Source: an uncultured Opitutales bacterium
GTDB taxonomy: Bacteria; Verrucomicrobiota; Verrucomicrobiia; Opitutales; Intestinicryptomonadaceae
NCBI GenBank assembly: GCA_934660865.1
Contig: CAKUIA010000002.1
Span: 1-32,000 of the forward strand
Reading direction: 5' to 3'
Length of the DNA: 32,000 nt
Shown here: piece by piece, positions 16,785 to 26,046 of the stretch
How positions within the stretch are numbered: position 1 is the stretch's first letter
Layout: each line of letters begins with the position of its first letter
The notes under the pieces: model-generated
The model's input: only the letters and a program-made list of their open reading frames with translations
Databases searched by the model: none
Told to the model about the DNA's origin: nothing
Position numbers and translations under genes: made by a program

Positions 16785-18365
16785 ATGGCAGGCAAATTTT
16801 TTAAAACGATTTCTTTCATATTTTTATCGGCTGCAATTTTCGCAAACTCGGCTTGGTTTTTCGACAGCCCCGAGGAAAAGCAGCGCATAAAAAACCAGCG
16901 CATACAAGAGGCCGTAAAAAACTCGCAGGTGCTGATGTTCGACGAGAAAAACCAGCAGGCCATAGAGCTTTTGGAAAAGGCCACTAACGACTACGGCGAA
17001 AACGAAATTTTGTGCGAGGCCCTGGCCTACGCCTATTCGCAAGACGCCCAGTATTCGAGCGCCGCAATATATTTCGAAAAGGCGGCATCGTTTAAAAACG
17101 CAAACCAGTCGCTTTTGCTTAACGCGGCGCGCTCGTACGAGCTTTGCAAGTCGTACGACTCGGCTTTGGCGGCCTACGAAAAATACATAAAGGCCTCGCC
17201 GAAAGACGCCCCCGTATACAAATCGATAGCCAAATTGCTTGACCAAAAGGGAATGTACGACTCGGCTTTGACAGCATATATGGAATTTGTGAAACACTCG
17301 TCGCGCCACCCGAACACCTCCGAAGCGGCCGACATAGGCGAGCTTTTCCTTAAAGGCAAAAACGCGGTTCAGGCAAAATTGTGGTTTAACGCCGCCCTAA
17401 AAGTTTGCGACAACTCCAACAAAGACGTTAAGGCCAGAATACTTGCAGGCCTTGTAGACGTTTACCTTGCAGAGCAGGACACGCAAAATTTGGAGGCTGC
17501 CGTTAGGGAGCTAAACAAGGTAGACCCCGATATTTTGGCGAAAAACTACCCCGACTTGCAAAAACAGCTAAACGAATATAACGCAAAACTAAAGGCGGCC
17601 AAAGAAGCGGTAATTGCGGCGCAAAAAGCCGAAGAGGAACGCAAAAAGGCCGAAGCTTTGCGCATACAAAAGGCAAAAGAGGCCGAATTGGCGGCCCAAA
17701 AGGCGGCGCAAGAGCAAAAGCAAAAGGAGTTGTCCCTTAAGAGGGAAACCGAGCAAAAAAATTCCGCCGAAAACGCCAAAGCAAACGGGGAATTGCCCGA
17801 AACAAAAATAGAGGCCGCCGAGTTTACCGACATTGCAGCCCCCGTGCTTACCCAATACGAAAAAGACACCGATTTGTGCAACGAACTGCTTGCCCAAAAC
17901 AAGACAAAAGACGCCGAAAAGCTGGCCCTTAAAATCGTGGGCAAAAACGGCGAAAAGCCGCAGGCATGGGCCTTGCTTGCCCGCGCCTACTGCGCAAACG
18001 GCAAATTTTCCGACGCGTATTTGTGCGCAAAACAGGCCTACGAGTTTGAGCCCGAAAACCTAAACGCAAACCTGCTCTACCTAAAAACGGGCTCTTTTAT
18101 AGAGTCTAACGAAATATTTTTAAACAAGCTTTATTTGGCGCACGAAAAATTCCCCTATTGCAGCGAAATTATGCTCGGCCTGGCAAGAACCTACGCGATT
18201 ATGCAAAATGCGAGAGAGGCAAAATATTTTTACGAAAAGTTTTTGGGCAACGCACAAAGGCTGCACCCGCTGTATTCCGCCGCCCAGCAGGAGCTTAAAA
18301 ACCTGTTGGAAGGCACCTTCCCCGCATTTAAGCCCTCGCAAATAGGCTCGGCTTTGACGGATTAA
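16785..18365 (+). CDS. Secreted TPR-repeat protein with central charged coiled-coil segment (526 aa)
   Basis: Signal-like N-terminus FIFLSAAIFANSA. Repeated A..Y..A...P TPR-like helices flank a Lys/Glu/Ala/Gln-rich stretch (AQKAEEERKKAEALRIQKAKEAELAAQKAAQEQKQKE). Confidence 0.8.
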   Translation: MAGKFFKTISFIFLSAAIFANSAWFFDSPEEKQRIKNQRIQEAVKNSQVLMFDEKNQQAIELLEKATNDYGENEILCEALAYAYSQDAQYSSAAIYFEKAASFKNANQSLLLNAARSYELCKSYDSALAAYEKYIKASPKDAPVYKSIAKLLDQKGMYDSALTAYMEFVKHSSRHPNTSEAADIGELFLKGKNAVQAKLWFNAALKVCDNSNKDVKARILAGLVDVYLAEQDTQNLEAAVRELNKVDPDILAKNYPDLQKQLNEYNAKLKAAKEAVIAAQKAEEERKKAEALRIQKAKEAELAAQKAAQEQKQKELSLKRETEQKNSAENAKANGELPETKIEAAEFTDIAAPVLTQYEKDTDLCNELLAQNKTKDAEKLALKIVGKNGEKPQAWALLARAYCANGKFSDAYLCAKQAYEFEPENLNANLLYLKTGSFIESNEIFLNKLYLAHEKFPYCSEIMLGLARTYAIMQNAREAKYFYEKFLGNAQRLHPLYSAAQQELKNLLEGTFPAFKPSQIGSALTD

Positions 18366-18395
18366 ACCTGCCTACGCGCGCAAATTCGGCATTTA

Positions 18396-20261
18396 ATGGC
18401 TATAATAAAACAGTCCAGCATAGACGAAGTAAGGGACAAAGTAGACATCTATTCCCTTGTATCGAACTATGTAAACCTAAAAAAGCGCGGCGGCCGCTAT
18501 GTCGGGCTAAGCCCCTTTAGCAACGAAAAAACACCCTCGTTTTATGTGGATACGGCCAAAAACCTTTACTATTGCTTTAGCACAAGCCAGGGGGGCGACA
18601 TTTTCAAGTTCGTGCAGACAAAGGAAAACCTGTCGTTCCCCGAAGCGGTGGAATTTATCGCCGACAAGTTCAACATAACCCTCGAGTACGAAAATTCGCG
18701 CGGCGGCGAATCGGCGGCTGCAACGCGCTCGCTAAAAAAGCAGATATGGGAAATAAACGAGCTTGCCTGCGCCTATTTTCAGGAAAATTTCCTCGCCGAA
18801 AACAATGCCTACATACGCGATTATTGGACAAACGAGCGCCGCTTCGATTTGGAGACGGCAAAAAAATTCCGCATAGGCTTTGCCCCCGTAAATTGGGACA
18901 ACTTTAAAAACAGCCTTTTAAAAAAGGGCTATTCGAACGAAGCCTACGAAAAGTGCGGGCTGTTTTTTTCGAACAGGCACGGTTCGTCGCTGTCGGGAAT
19001 GTTGCCGCGCTTTAGGGGGCGTTTGACAATTCCCATAACCGACAAAAACGGGCAAATAATAGGCTTTACCGCGCGCAAGACCGAAAAGACCCCCTCCGAT
19101 ATGGACTACGAGGAGGGCAAATACATCAACACGCCCGAAACCCCCGTATTCTCGAAAAAGAACATTTTGTTTAACTTGTACAACGCGCGCGAAAAGGCGG
19201 TAGAAAAAGGCTATTTTATTATTGTAGAAGGCCAGCTAGACGCCGTAAGAATGAGCGTTTCGGGCTTCGAAAACACGGTTGCAGGGCAAGGCACGGCCTT
19301 GGGCGACGGGCATTTTGCCCTCATAAAAAACCATGTCGGCAAAGTTGTGCTGCTGCTCGACTCCGACAGGGCCGGCCAAGCCGCAATTTTAAGGGTTTTG
19401 CCCATTTGCCTGGCCTGCGGCATAGAGCCGCTGGCCGCGGTTTTGCGGGCAAAAGACGGCTCCGACAGCAAGGAAGACCCAGATTCTTTCATACAAAAAT
19501 ACGGGGCAGCCGAAATGCAAAGCGTTATAGACCGCGCCGAAAACGCCGTTAGCTTTGTGTGCGAAAAACTTTTTAAGGCCGACTTCGACTCGTCTTCGCC
19601 GCAGGGCAAAATAAACGCGCTAAACTCGATTTTTGAAATCGTAAGCGCCTCGCCCTCAAACGTGGTGCGCAGCGACTACATACAAATGGCGGCCTCGGCA
19701 ATAGGGGCCGACTACACGGGCGCAATGCGCGACTTCGGCGAATACATGGCAAAGAAAAACAGGTTTGCCCAGCACGGCGGCGAAATTCCGAATATTGTTG
19801 CAAATAAAAAACAACGAGGAATATTGACAAATGCCGAATATGACACTTTATTTATATGCTTACACAATGAGAAAGTGGGAAACCGTTTGGCGGAAATAAT
19901 TTCCGACGAATGGGTTGACACGTCTTCTTTGGCGGGGGCTGTTCTCGCCAAATATTTGGCGTGTACGAAAGAAGGCATAGAGTTTTCGGTGTCTTCGTTC
20001 GACTCGGTTCTCGAAAGCGAAGATGAAAAAAACCTTGTCTACGAAATTTTATCAAAAGAGGAAGTATCCAGCGACGATGTTGTGCGCGAAGCCAACGAAT
20101 GCGCCGAGAGAATATGGAAAAAACATTGTAGAAAGCATATAGCCGCCCTGAACGAGCAACTGCGCGATTCGGAAATTGCATCGGACAAACTGATGGAAAT
20201 TTTAAAAAATCTTAAAATTTGGCAGAAATCTTTGCAGGATTACCCTTGGAAACTTGAATAA
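18396..20261 (+). CDS. dnaG: DNA primase
   Basis: The N-terminal primase zinc-ribbon region is recognisable ([13 protein letters not shown]...[16 protein letters not shown]). TOPRIM motifs are present ([23 protein letters not shown]). 621 aa, immediately upstream of rpoD. Confidence 0.95.
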   Translation: MAIIKQSSIDEVRDKVDIYSLVSNYVNLKKRGGRYVGLSPFSNEKTPSFYVDTAKNLYYCFSTSQGGDIFKFVQTKENLSFPEAVEFIADKFNITLEYENSRGGESAAATRSLKKQIWEINELACAYFQENFLAENNAYIRDYWTNERRFDLETAKKFRIGFAPVNWDNFKNSLLKKGYSNEAYEKCGLFFSNRHGSSLSGMLPRFRGRLTIPITDKNGQIIGFTARKTEKTPSDMDYEEGKYINTPETPVFSKKNILFNLYNAREKAVEKGYFIIVEGQLDAVRMSVSGFENTVAGQGTALGDGHFALIKNHVGKVVLLLDSDRAGQAAILRVLPICLACGIEPLAAVLRAKDGSDSKEDPDSFIQKYGAAEMQSVIDRAENAVSFVCEKLFKADFDSSSPQGKINALNSIFEIVSASPSNVVRSDYIQMAASAIGADYTGAMRDFGEYMAKKNRFAQHGGEIPNIVANKKQRGILTNAEYDTLFICLHNEKVGNRLAEIISDEWVDTSSLAGAVLAKYLACTKEGIEFSVSSFDSVLESEDEKNLVYEILSKEEVSSDDVVREANECAERIWKKHCRKHIAALNEQLRDSEIASDKLMEILKNLKIWQKSLQDYPWKLE

Positions 20262-20268
20262 CAAATAT

Positions 20269-22461
20269 ATGGCGAGTAAAAAAACCAAAAAGAACGAAAC
20301 AAAAACTTCTAAAATTGCGGCAAAAAAACCCGCCGCAAAAAGCGCGGCCATAGCCAAGCCTAAAAAAGTTGCAGCCTCCAAAGCTGCCGCAAAAAAGCCT
20401 GCGCCCAAAAAGCCCGCCGTTTCGCCAAAAAAACAAGTTAAGGCAGCCAACGTAAAAAAGGCGGCAAAGCCCGCGGCAAAAGTTGCGGCCAAAAAAGAGG
20501 TAAAAAAAGCGGCGCCGAAAGTTCAGGCAAAAGCCCCCGCAAAAAAGGCAACCCCAAAGGTTCAGCCAAAAAAGCCCGCGGCAAAAGCCCCCGCCCCAAA
20601 AAAGGCGGAAACAAAAAAAGCCCCGGCCAAGGCGGTCGAAAAACCAGCAAAAAAAGCGGCCGAACTGCCCGCCGAAACCCAAGAGACAAAAAAAGAGCTT
20701 AAGCCCACAAAAACCATTAAAAAGGCAAAAGAGGTTTTAGAGGCAGAGTTGCACGCAGCCCAGCCGAAGTCTGCCGAAAATATGACGCTTATGGAGCGCA
20801 AACGCTTCCTTAACGACAGAATCAGGGCTTTAATTCACTTTTCAAAACAGCAGGGCTACCTTACTATTCAAGACATAAATTCTTCGCTTTCCGACATTTT
20901 GGGAGACCCGAAAGAGCTTGAAAGCGTAATGAACATTCTCGAAACGCTCGACATAGACATTCTCGACAAGGACGATGTTGAAGCCTTTAAACGCCGCCAA
21001 ACCGAGCAGGAGGAAAAGCAGGTAAAGGCAAGCGCCTCCGACAATCTCGACGACCCCGTAAGGATGTATCTAAAGCAGATGGGGCAAGTTCCCCTGCTCT
21101 CGCGCGACGAGGAAGTTCAAATTTCAAAACGCATAGAACAGGCCGAAACAAAGGCCACAAAAGCCCTGTTTTCGGTTGCACTGACAAACGCATACCAGCT
21201 GGACTTGGCAAAAAAGCTCGTTCAAAGGGAAGAGCGTTTCGACAAAATAGTTCTCGACAAAAAGGTGGACAGCCGCGAAAACTACTTTAAGGAGCTACCC
21301 AAGGTTATCGAGGAAGCCGAAGATATGGAAACGAAGCTTACCAAAGCTTGGGACGGCTACGAAAACGCGGCAAACGACACCCTTAAAAAACGCCATTTAA
21401 CGCAGTTTAAAAACCTAGAGCTAAAGCTTAAAGACATCTTCAAAAAATACCACTTTAAGATGAAGGTGTTTGAAGAATATCTCGAAACTTTAAACCCGCT
21501 TTTGCAGGAGATAGAAGACCTTTTGTATAAGCGCAGCGCGCTCGAAAAAATCGGCAAGCACGCAAAGTCGGCCGACATGGAAAAGTACGCGGGCAGACTG
21601 CGCGAAATAGAAAGCCAAATAAGAATGAGGCCCGAAGAGCTTGTAGAGCTTGTAAAGCTTGTAAAAAGCTCGATGAGGGAAGCCCACAAGGCTAAAACCG
21701 AAATGGTTAGGGCAAACCTTAGGTTGGTAATTTCTATTGCAAAGAAATATACAAACAGGGGATTGAATTTCCTGGACCTTATTCAGGAAGGCAATATGGG
21801 CCTGATGAAAGCCGTGGAAAAATTCGAATACAAGCGCGGCTACAAGTTTTCGACATATGCAACCTGGTGGATTAGGCAGGCCATTACGCGCTCCATTGCA
21901 GACCAGGCAAGAACAATCCGCATTCCCGTGCATATGATAGAAACTTTGAACAAGGTTATGCAGGTTCAAAAGCAGCTTTTGCAGGAGCTTGGCCACGAAC
22001 CTACCGCCGAAGAAGTTTCCAACGAAATGCAGCTGCCCGTAGAAAGGGTTCAGGCAATAATGAAAATGGCGCAACAGCCCATTTCGCTGCAAAGCCCCGT
22101 AGGCGATTCCGACGACACAAACTTCGGCGACTTTATCGAAGACAAGGGAGCCGAAAACCCCTACGATATGACCGCCTATTCGCTTTTGCGCGAAAAGATG
22201 ATGAACGTTTTAAGCTCGCTTACCCAAAGGGAGCGCAGCGTTTTAAGCCTGCGTTTCGGCTTGCAGGACGGCTATTCGAGAACGCTTGAAGAAGTAGGCA
22301 AGCAGTTTAACGTAACGCGCGAAAGAATAAGACAGATAGAGGCAAAGGCCCTGCGCAAAATGCGCCACCCCACAAGAATACGCCAGCTTCACGGCTTTTT
22401 CGAAGCCGAAGTAGACACTTCGGGCCCCGGCTACGACCAATTTAAACAGGAAAAGGAATAA
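20269..22461 (+). CDS. rpoD: RNA polymerase primary sigma factor with Lys/Ala/Pro-rich N-terminal extension (730 aa)
   Basis: Regions 1.1 to 4 are recognisable ([11 protein letters not shown]; [11 protein letters not shown]; [12 protein letters not shown]; [18 protein letters not shown]; [27 protein letters not shown]; [30 protein letters not shown]). I set the start at ATG 20269; the track start 20254 is a TTG overlapping the dnaG stop. Confidence 0.95.
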   Translation: MASKKTKKNETKTSKIAAKKPAAKSAAIAKPKKVAASKAAAKKPAPKKPAVSPKKQVKAANVKKAAKPAAKVAAKKEVKKAAPKVQAKAPAKKATPKVQPKKPAAKAPAPKKAETKKAPAKAVEKPAKKAAELPAETQETKKELKPTKTIKKAKEVLEAELHAAQPKSAENMTLMERKRFLNDRIRALIHFSKQQGYLTIQDINSSLSDILGDPKELESVMNILETLDIDILDKDDVEAFKRRQTEQEEKQVKASASDNLDDPVRMYLKQMGQVPLLSRDEEVQISKRIEQAETKATKALFSVALTNAYQLDLAKKLVQREERFDKIVLDKKVDSRENYFKELPKVIEEAEDMETKLTKAWDGYENAANDTLKKRHLTQFKNLELKLKDIFKKYHFKMKVFEEYLETLNPLLQEIEDLLYKRSALEKIGKHAKSADMEKYAGRLREIESQIRMRPEELVELVKLVKSSMREAHKAKTEMVRANLRLVISIAKKYTNRGLNFLDLIQEGNMGLMKAVEKFEYKRGYKFSTYATWWIRQAITRSIADQARTIRIPVHMIETLNKVMQVQKQLLQELGHEPTAEEVSNEMQLPVERVQAIMKMAQQPISLQSPVGDSDDTNFGDFIEDKGAENPYDMTAYSLLREKMMNVLSSLTQRERSVLSLRFGLQDGYSRTLEEVGKQFNVTRERIRQIEAKALRKMRHPTRIRQLHGFFEAEVDTSGPGYDQFKQEKE

Positions 22462-22482
22462 ACGTTTTGCGCCTTTTGCCCA

Positions 22483-22507
22483 CGCGGCAACAGGCGCGGT
22501 TTTTTTT
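22483..22507 (+). terminator. Weak hairpin plus T8 run downstream of rpoD
   Basis: The sequence is CGCG-gcaacagg-CGCG-gTTTTTTTT. The stem is only 4 bp but the U-tract is long. It sits between the rpoD stop and ATG 22512. Confidence 0.4.
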
Positions 22508-22511
22508 GGAA

Positions 22512-22901
22512 ATGTTTTTTAAAATTGCAGTATTTTTTTTGGCGGCCTTTTGCGTTTGCAATGCAAGGCCTAAAGACTTTACGTCCGTAAAAGTTTCGCC
22601 CACGGCAAAGGCCGCGGCAAGAGAAACGCTTACCCCGCGCGAAGTTTTCCAAAAAATAGGCTATGTTGCCGATATAGACGGCAAAATTGCCGTTGTGCGA
22701 ATTACCAATCAAATTCCGTTTGGCGACGGCAACACCTACTTTTATTCGCGCTCGGCAAACGGCGAAATTTCGGCACTTTTAAACTACACAAACTTAAGCC
22801 GCCAATATATGCGCGCAATGGATATTACAGAGGGCATACCCGAAATAGGCGACTTTGTTTTTGCAAAGTTTGTGCCCGACAGCCTCGAAACTAAACAATA
22901 A
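22512..22901 (+). CDS. Small secreted hypothetical protein (129 aa)
   Basis: Signal peptide MFFKIAVFFLAAFCVCNA|RP. I recognise no family. I chose ATG 22512 because the track's TTG start (22467) would place the rpoD terminator inside the gene. Confidence 0.6.
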   Translation: MFFKIAVFFLAAFCVCNARPKDFTSVKVSPTAKAAARETLTPREVFQKIGYVADIDGKIAVVRITNQIPFGDGNTYFYSRSANGEISALLNYTNLSRQYMRAMDITEGIPEIGDFVFAKFVPDSLETKQ

Positions 22902-23081
22902 AAACTATGGGCAACTTTTTTGGCTTACAGCAAGTTTTGGCTCTGTTTTTGCGTTTTAAATCGTTTTATTTGGGTTGTTTTGGTTTTTTCTAAAAAAATT
23001 GTTGACTTTGCAAAAACAAGAAAGTAAAAGGATACACGTTAAACGTATAATTAACCTATTTTTAAATACGAAAGACTATAT

Positions 23082-24509
23082 ATGAAAAACAAAATCAGCA
23101 GGAGAGAATATATAAAGGGGGCGGCCGCAATGGTTGCAGCCGGAGCAATAACACAAACAGCTGTAGGCTGCACAAACGATTCGGCAAACACGGTTTCGTT
23201 TAGTAGCGAATTTCCCGTAAAATATAATGTAGACGTATTTATTGCAGGCGGCGGCCCCGCCGGGTGCGCCACGGCGGTTAGCGCGGCCGAAACAGGCCAT
23301 AGCGTATTTTTGGCCGAAGCACATTCGTGTTTGGGCGGCATGGGCACTGCCGCAAAAGTTCCCGTATTTATGCAGCTAACCGACGGCAAAAACTTCCTTT
23401 GCGCAGGCTTTGGCCGCAGAATTATAGATTCGCTTAGGAAAAACCGCCGCCAAGGAGGCGAAGCCAACGATATCGAAGCCCTTAAGCGCGTTTACGACGA
23501 CTTAATGGTAAAATCGGGCGCAAAATTCACATTTCAGACAACGCTTATGGCGGCAAAGAAAACGGGCAACAAAATAGACTACGTTTTGTGCTGCGCGCCA
23601 AGCGGCGTATTTGCGGTAAAGGCAAAAGTTTATATTGACTGCACGGGCAACGGCGACTTGGCCGTTATGTCGGGCGCAAAATGGGAAATGACACCCTCCA
23701 ACGAAGGCCGCATTCCCGCAACTCTTTGCGGCGTTTGGGGCGGCATAGACTGGAAAAAGTGGCACGCTGTTATGCCCAAAGACAACCCCCAACCGCAAGG
23801 CTACAAGCTAGTTCAGGCAATTAAAGACGGCGTATTTACCGTTCCCGACTACCATATGACGGGCACCTACCAGCTTGGCGACAACATCGGCATTTCTAAC
23901 ATAAGCCACGCCTTTAATGTAGACGGCACCGACGAAAAATCGCTAACAAAAGCCTTAATCGAATCGCGCAAAACCCTTATAGAGTTTGAAAACTACTACA
24001 ATAAATACATAGAGGGCTTTGAAAAGGCAAAGCTTATAGGCACGGGCTCGCTGCTTGGCGTAAGAGAAACGCGCCGCATTATGGGCGACTACGTTCTTAA
24101 CTTTGAAGACTACAAAAAACGCGCCGTCTTCGACGACGAAATCGGCCGCTATGCCTACCCGATTGATATTCACCCATCGGGCGGCGACATGGCAGAGTAC
24201 GAAAAGCACCGCCGAGACTTCGACAGGCTCTACAGATACAAGAAGGGCGAAAGCTACGGCATTCCCTATAGAATCTTAACGCCAAAGGGCATAGACAACC
24301 TGTTGGTTGCGGGCCGCTGCGTTTCGGCAGACCACCTCGTTCACGGCTCCGTAAGAGTTATGCCCGCCTGCTACATTATGGGGCAGGCCGCAGGCTTGGC
24401 GGCATGTCAGGCGGCCGACGCAAAAGTTTCGGTGCACGATATAGATGTAAAGAAACTTCAAAAATCGCTGCTTAAAATAGGCGCATTTTTGCCCAACGCA
24501 AAAGCCTAG
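23082..24509 (+). CDS. Tat-exported FAD-dependent oxidoreductase (475 aa)
   Basis: A twin-arginine signal is present (MKNKISRREYIKGAAAMVAAGAITQTAVGC). The dinucleotide-binding motif is VDVFIAGGGPAGCATAVSAAETG...GGMGT, and the overall pattern fits the FAD_oxidored-type family. Confidence 0.87.
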   Translation: MKNKISRREYIKGAAAMVAAGAITQTAVGCTNDSANTVSFSSEFPVKYNVDVFIAGGGPAGCATAVSAAETGHSVFLAEAHSCLGGMGTAAKVPVFMQLTDGKNFLCAGFGRRIIDSLRKNRRQGGEANDIEALKRVYDDLMVKSGAKFTFQTTLMAAKKTGNKIDYVLCCAPSGVFAVKAKVYIDCTGNGDLAVMSGAKWEMTPSNEGRIPATLCGVWGGIDWKKWHAVMPKDNPQPQGYKLVQAIKDGVFTVPDYHMTGTYQLGDNIGISNISHAFNVDGTDEKSLTKALIESRKTLIEFENYYNKYIEGFEKAKLIGTGSLLGVRETRRIMGDYVLNFEDYKKRAVFDDEIGRYAYPIDIHPSGGDMAEYEKHRRDFDRLYRYKKGESYGIPYRILTPKGIDNLLVAGRCVSADHLVHGSVRVMPACYIMGQAAGLAACQAADAKVSVHDIDVKKLQKSLLKIGAFLPNAKA

Positions 24510-24537
24510 GAAAGCTAACTGCACATTTACAAACAAC

Positions 24538-24575
24538 AAAGCCTTTTGGAATTCCCCCAAAAGGCTTTTATTTTT
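24538..24575 (+). terminator. Strong rho-independent terminator after the FAD oxidoreductase (may also serve the convergent PEP-CTERM gene)
   Basis: The sequence is AAAGCCTTTTGG-aattccc-CCAAAAGGCTTT-tattttt. This is a perfect 12-bp stem (24538-24549 / 24557-24568) with a T-rich tail. Confidence 0.82.
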
Positions 24576-24670
24576 GCGGACAAGGCTTGGGTTTTTTCTC
24601 TAACTATAAAACACAAAAAAATGCGCGTAAAAAAACATGCATTTTAAAAATTTTTTGCATTGCTTTTGTA

Positions 24671-25345
24671 TTACTTGCGGCGTCTGTAAACTGCCAAGCC
24701 CAAAGCCAACACGCCGAATATTGCAGCATATGTAGAGGGCTCTGGCACCACATTTTCTGTAAGCGTAAACTGAACCGTAGTTAGCCCTTCTATTCCCATA
24801 CCGCCCGACGCCAATTCGGGAACAAGCGAAGTGTCTATCGAAATTGCAATCGTAAAGTAGTCTTCGTCGGATAAATCTATGTCGAGATTTCCAAGCGTAA
24901 AGCCGTCCGTAAAATCTTTTGTAGTTAGCCCCGAAAATTTACCTAACGATGTTAATTTTGCGCCGGCATAGTCGGCTTTTGCATTGCCGGTGCCGCCCGC
25001 AAATATCTCCAGGCAAAAGGCGGGCAAATCGCTTGGAACATCGGCTTCGCCATTAGCGGGAGTATTAAAATTGCCGATTTTTTTGCAAGTTATGGAATTT
25101 ATTAGACCAATGGATTCGGCCGAAATATCAATTTCGTAAAGGTTAAATTGCAGATACGACTCTCCGCCGGCATAGTAGTTGCCCAGCTTTATCTTGCTAT
25201 TTACGGTCCACTGCCCTCCGTGCCCGTCGGGGCCATAGGTGCTTGCGGCTTTACTAAGCCAAACATTTTTCGTTACGGTTTCGGCGTTTAGCGCGGCAAA
25301 ACCCGCAAGCGCAAACGCAAAAAATGCAAACATTATCTTCTTCAT
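24671..25345 (-). CDS. PEP-CTERM sorting-domain secreted protein (224 aa)
   Basis: N-terminal signal MKKIMFAFFAFALAGFAALNA. The C-terminus VPEPSTYAAIFGVLALGLAVYRRRK has the PEP motif, a TM helix and a basic tail, which is the canonical exosortase sorting signal. Confidence 0.88.
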   Translation of the reverse strand: MKKIMFAFFAFALAGFAALNAETVTKNVWLSKAASTYGPDGHGGQWTVNSKIKLGNYYAGGESYLQFNLYEIDISAESIGLINSITCKKIGNFNTPANGEADVPSDLPAFCLEIFAGGTGNAKADYAGAKLTSLGKFSGLTTKDFTDGFTLGNLDIDLSDEDYFTIAISIDTSLVPELASGGMGIEGLTTVQFTLTENVVPEPSTYAAIFGVLALGLAVYRRRK

Positions 25346-25416
25346 ATAAAATACGTCTTTGCCGATTTCTACTTTTTGACAGACAACAATAGCGTCTGAT
25401 AAGCCGCATGCAAACT

Positions 25417-25456
25417 AAAAAAGCTTTCGGCAAGGGTTTTACCGAAAGCTTTGTTT
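25417..25456 (-). terminator. Rho-independent terminator ending the DUF4405/ADH/flavodoxin operon
   Basis: A 9-bp perfect stem AGCTTTCGG / CCGAAAGCT (25422-25430 / 25442-25450) has an 11-nt loop and is flanked by A- and T-runs. On the minus strand it reads ...CCGAAAGCTTTTTT. Confidence 0.75.
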
Positions 25457-25475
25457 TATGGACTAAAATCTTATT

Positions 25476-26042
25476 CTATTTTTTTGCAATGCCAAGTTTT
25501 GCCAGCCAGTTTTGCACCGTTTTTTTGGCGCCGCCAACCGAGCCGCCGCGAACGGGCAAAGCCTCCAGCAAAGTAGAATTTGCGCAAATCTTTTTTATGT
25601 CGCTTTCGGCTCGCCCCATGCGGCTGCCCTCGTGCGTCATAAAAGGCACAATCTTTTTGCCCGCAAAATCGTTTTGCGTCAAAAAAGTCCTTATGGGCGA
25701 AGATATTGTGCCCCACCAGTTTGGCGAACCCACAAAAATTACGTCGTAATCGGCAAGCTTTGCCTTGGCGTTTTTTATCGGGCGCAAAAATTTGGCGTCT
25801 ACCTCCTTTTTGGCAATGGCAACCGTTTGGTTGTAGTCGGTTGGATACGCAGTTTCTGGCACAACTTCAAGAATGTCGGCCCCTGTTTCGTCCTTTATGG
25901 TTTGTGCCAAGCGGCGCGTGTTGCCGCTCCACGAAAAATATACTATAAGCATTTTGTTTTTGTCGGTTTTAGTTTCTCCAAAAGATACCGCAGCCGAAAT
26001 AAAGGGGGCTGCCATTAAAGTTAAAAATGTTTTTCTTTTCAT
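25476..26042 (-). CDS. Flavodoxin-fold FMN protein with N-terminal signal/anchor sequence (188 aa)
   Basis: Flavodoxin motifs MLIVYFSWSGNTRRLA and DVIFVGSPNWWGTIS are present. They are preceded by MKRKTFLTLMAAPFISAAVSFG. ATG 26042 lies 4 nt after the ADH stop. The track's extra 36 aa overlap the ADH gene. Confidence 0.85.
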   Translation of the reverse strand: MKRKTFLTLMAAPFISAAVSFGETKTDKNKMLIVYFSWSGNTRRLAQTIKDETGADILEVVPETAYPTDYNQTVAIAKKEVDAKFLRPIKNAKAKLADYDVIFVGSPNWWGTISSPIRTFLTQNDFAGKKIVPFMTHEGSRMGRAESDIKKICANSTLLEALPVRGGSVGGAKKTVQNWLAKLGIAKK

Positions 26043-26046
26043 ATAT

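Noticed and set aside
18281-18293. A 13-nt exact match (CGCCCAGCAGGAG) between the tRNA-Arg T-arm/acceptor region (8399-8411) and the TPR gene, considered as a possible att-site remnant of an integrated element.
   Set aside because: The match is short and breaks on both sides. It lies in-frame inside a coding region (AAQQE). No integrase or other mobile gene lies between the two copies. It is compatible with chance in a window of this size.
20202-20689. Three minus-strand ORFs (Phe/Gly/Leu/Arg-rich) opposite the rpoD 5' region.
   Set aside because: They mirror the AAA/GCN/CCN low-complexity coding of the Lys/Ala/Pro tail. They are a repeat-composition artefact, not genes.
24587-24784. A 65-aa plus-strand ORF between the terminator and the PEP-CTERM gene.
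   Set aside because: It overlaps the 3' end of the PEP-CTERM gene on the opposite strand and starts in an AT-rich terminator region. Its product is not protein-like.
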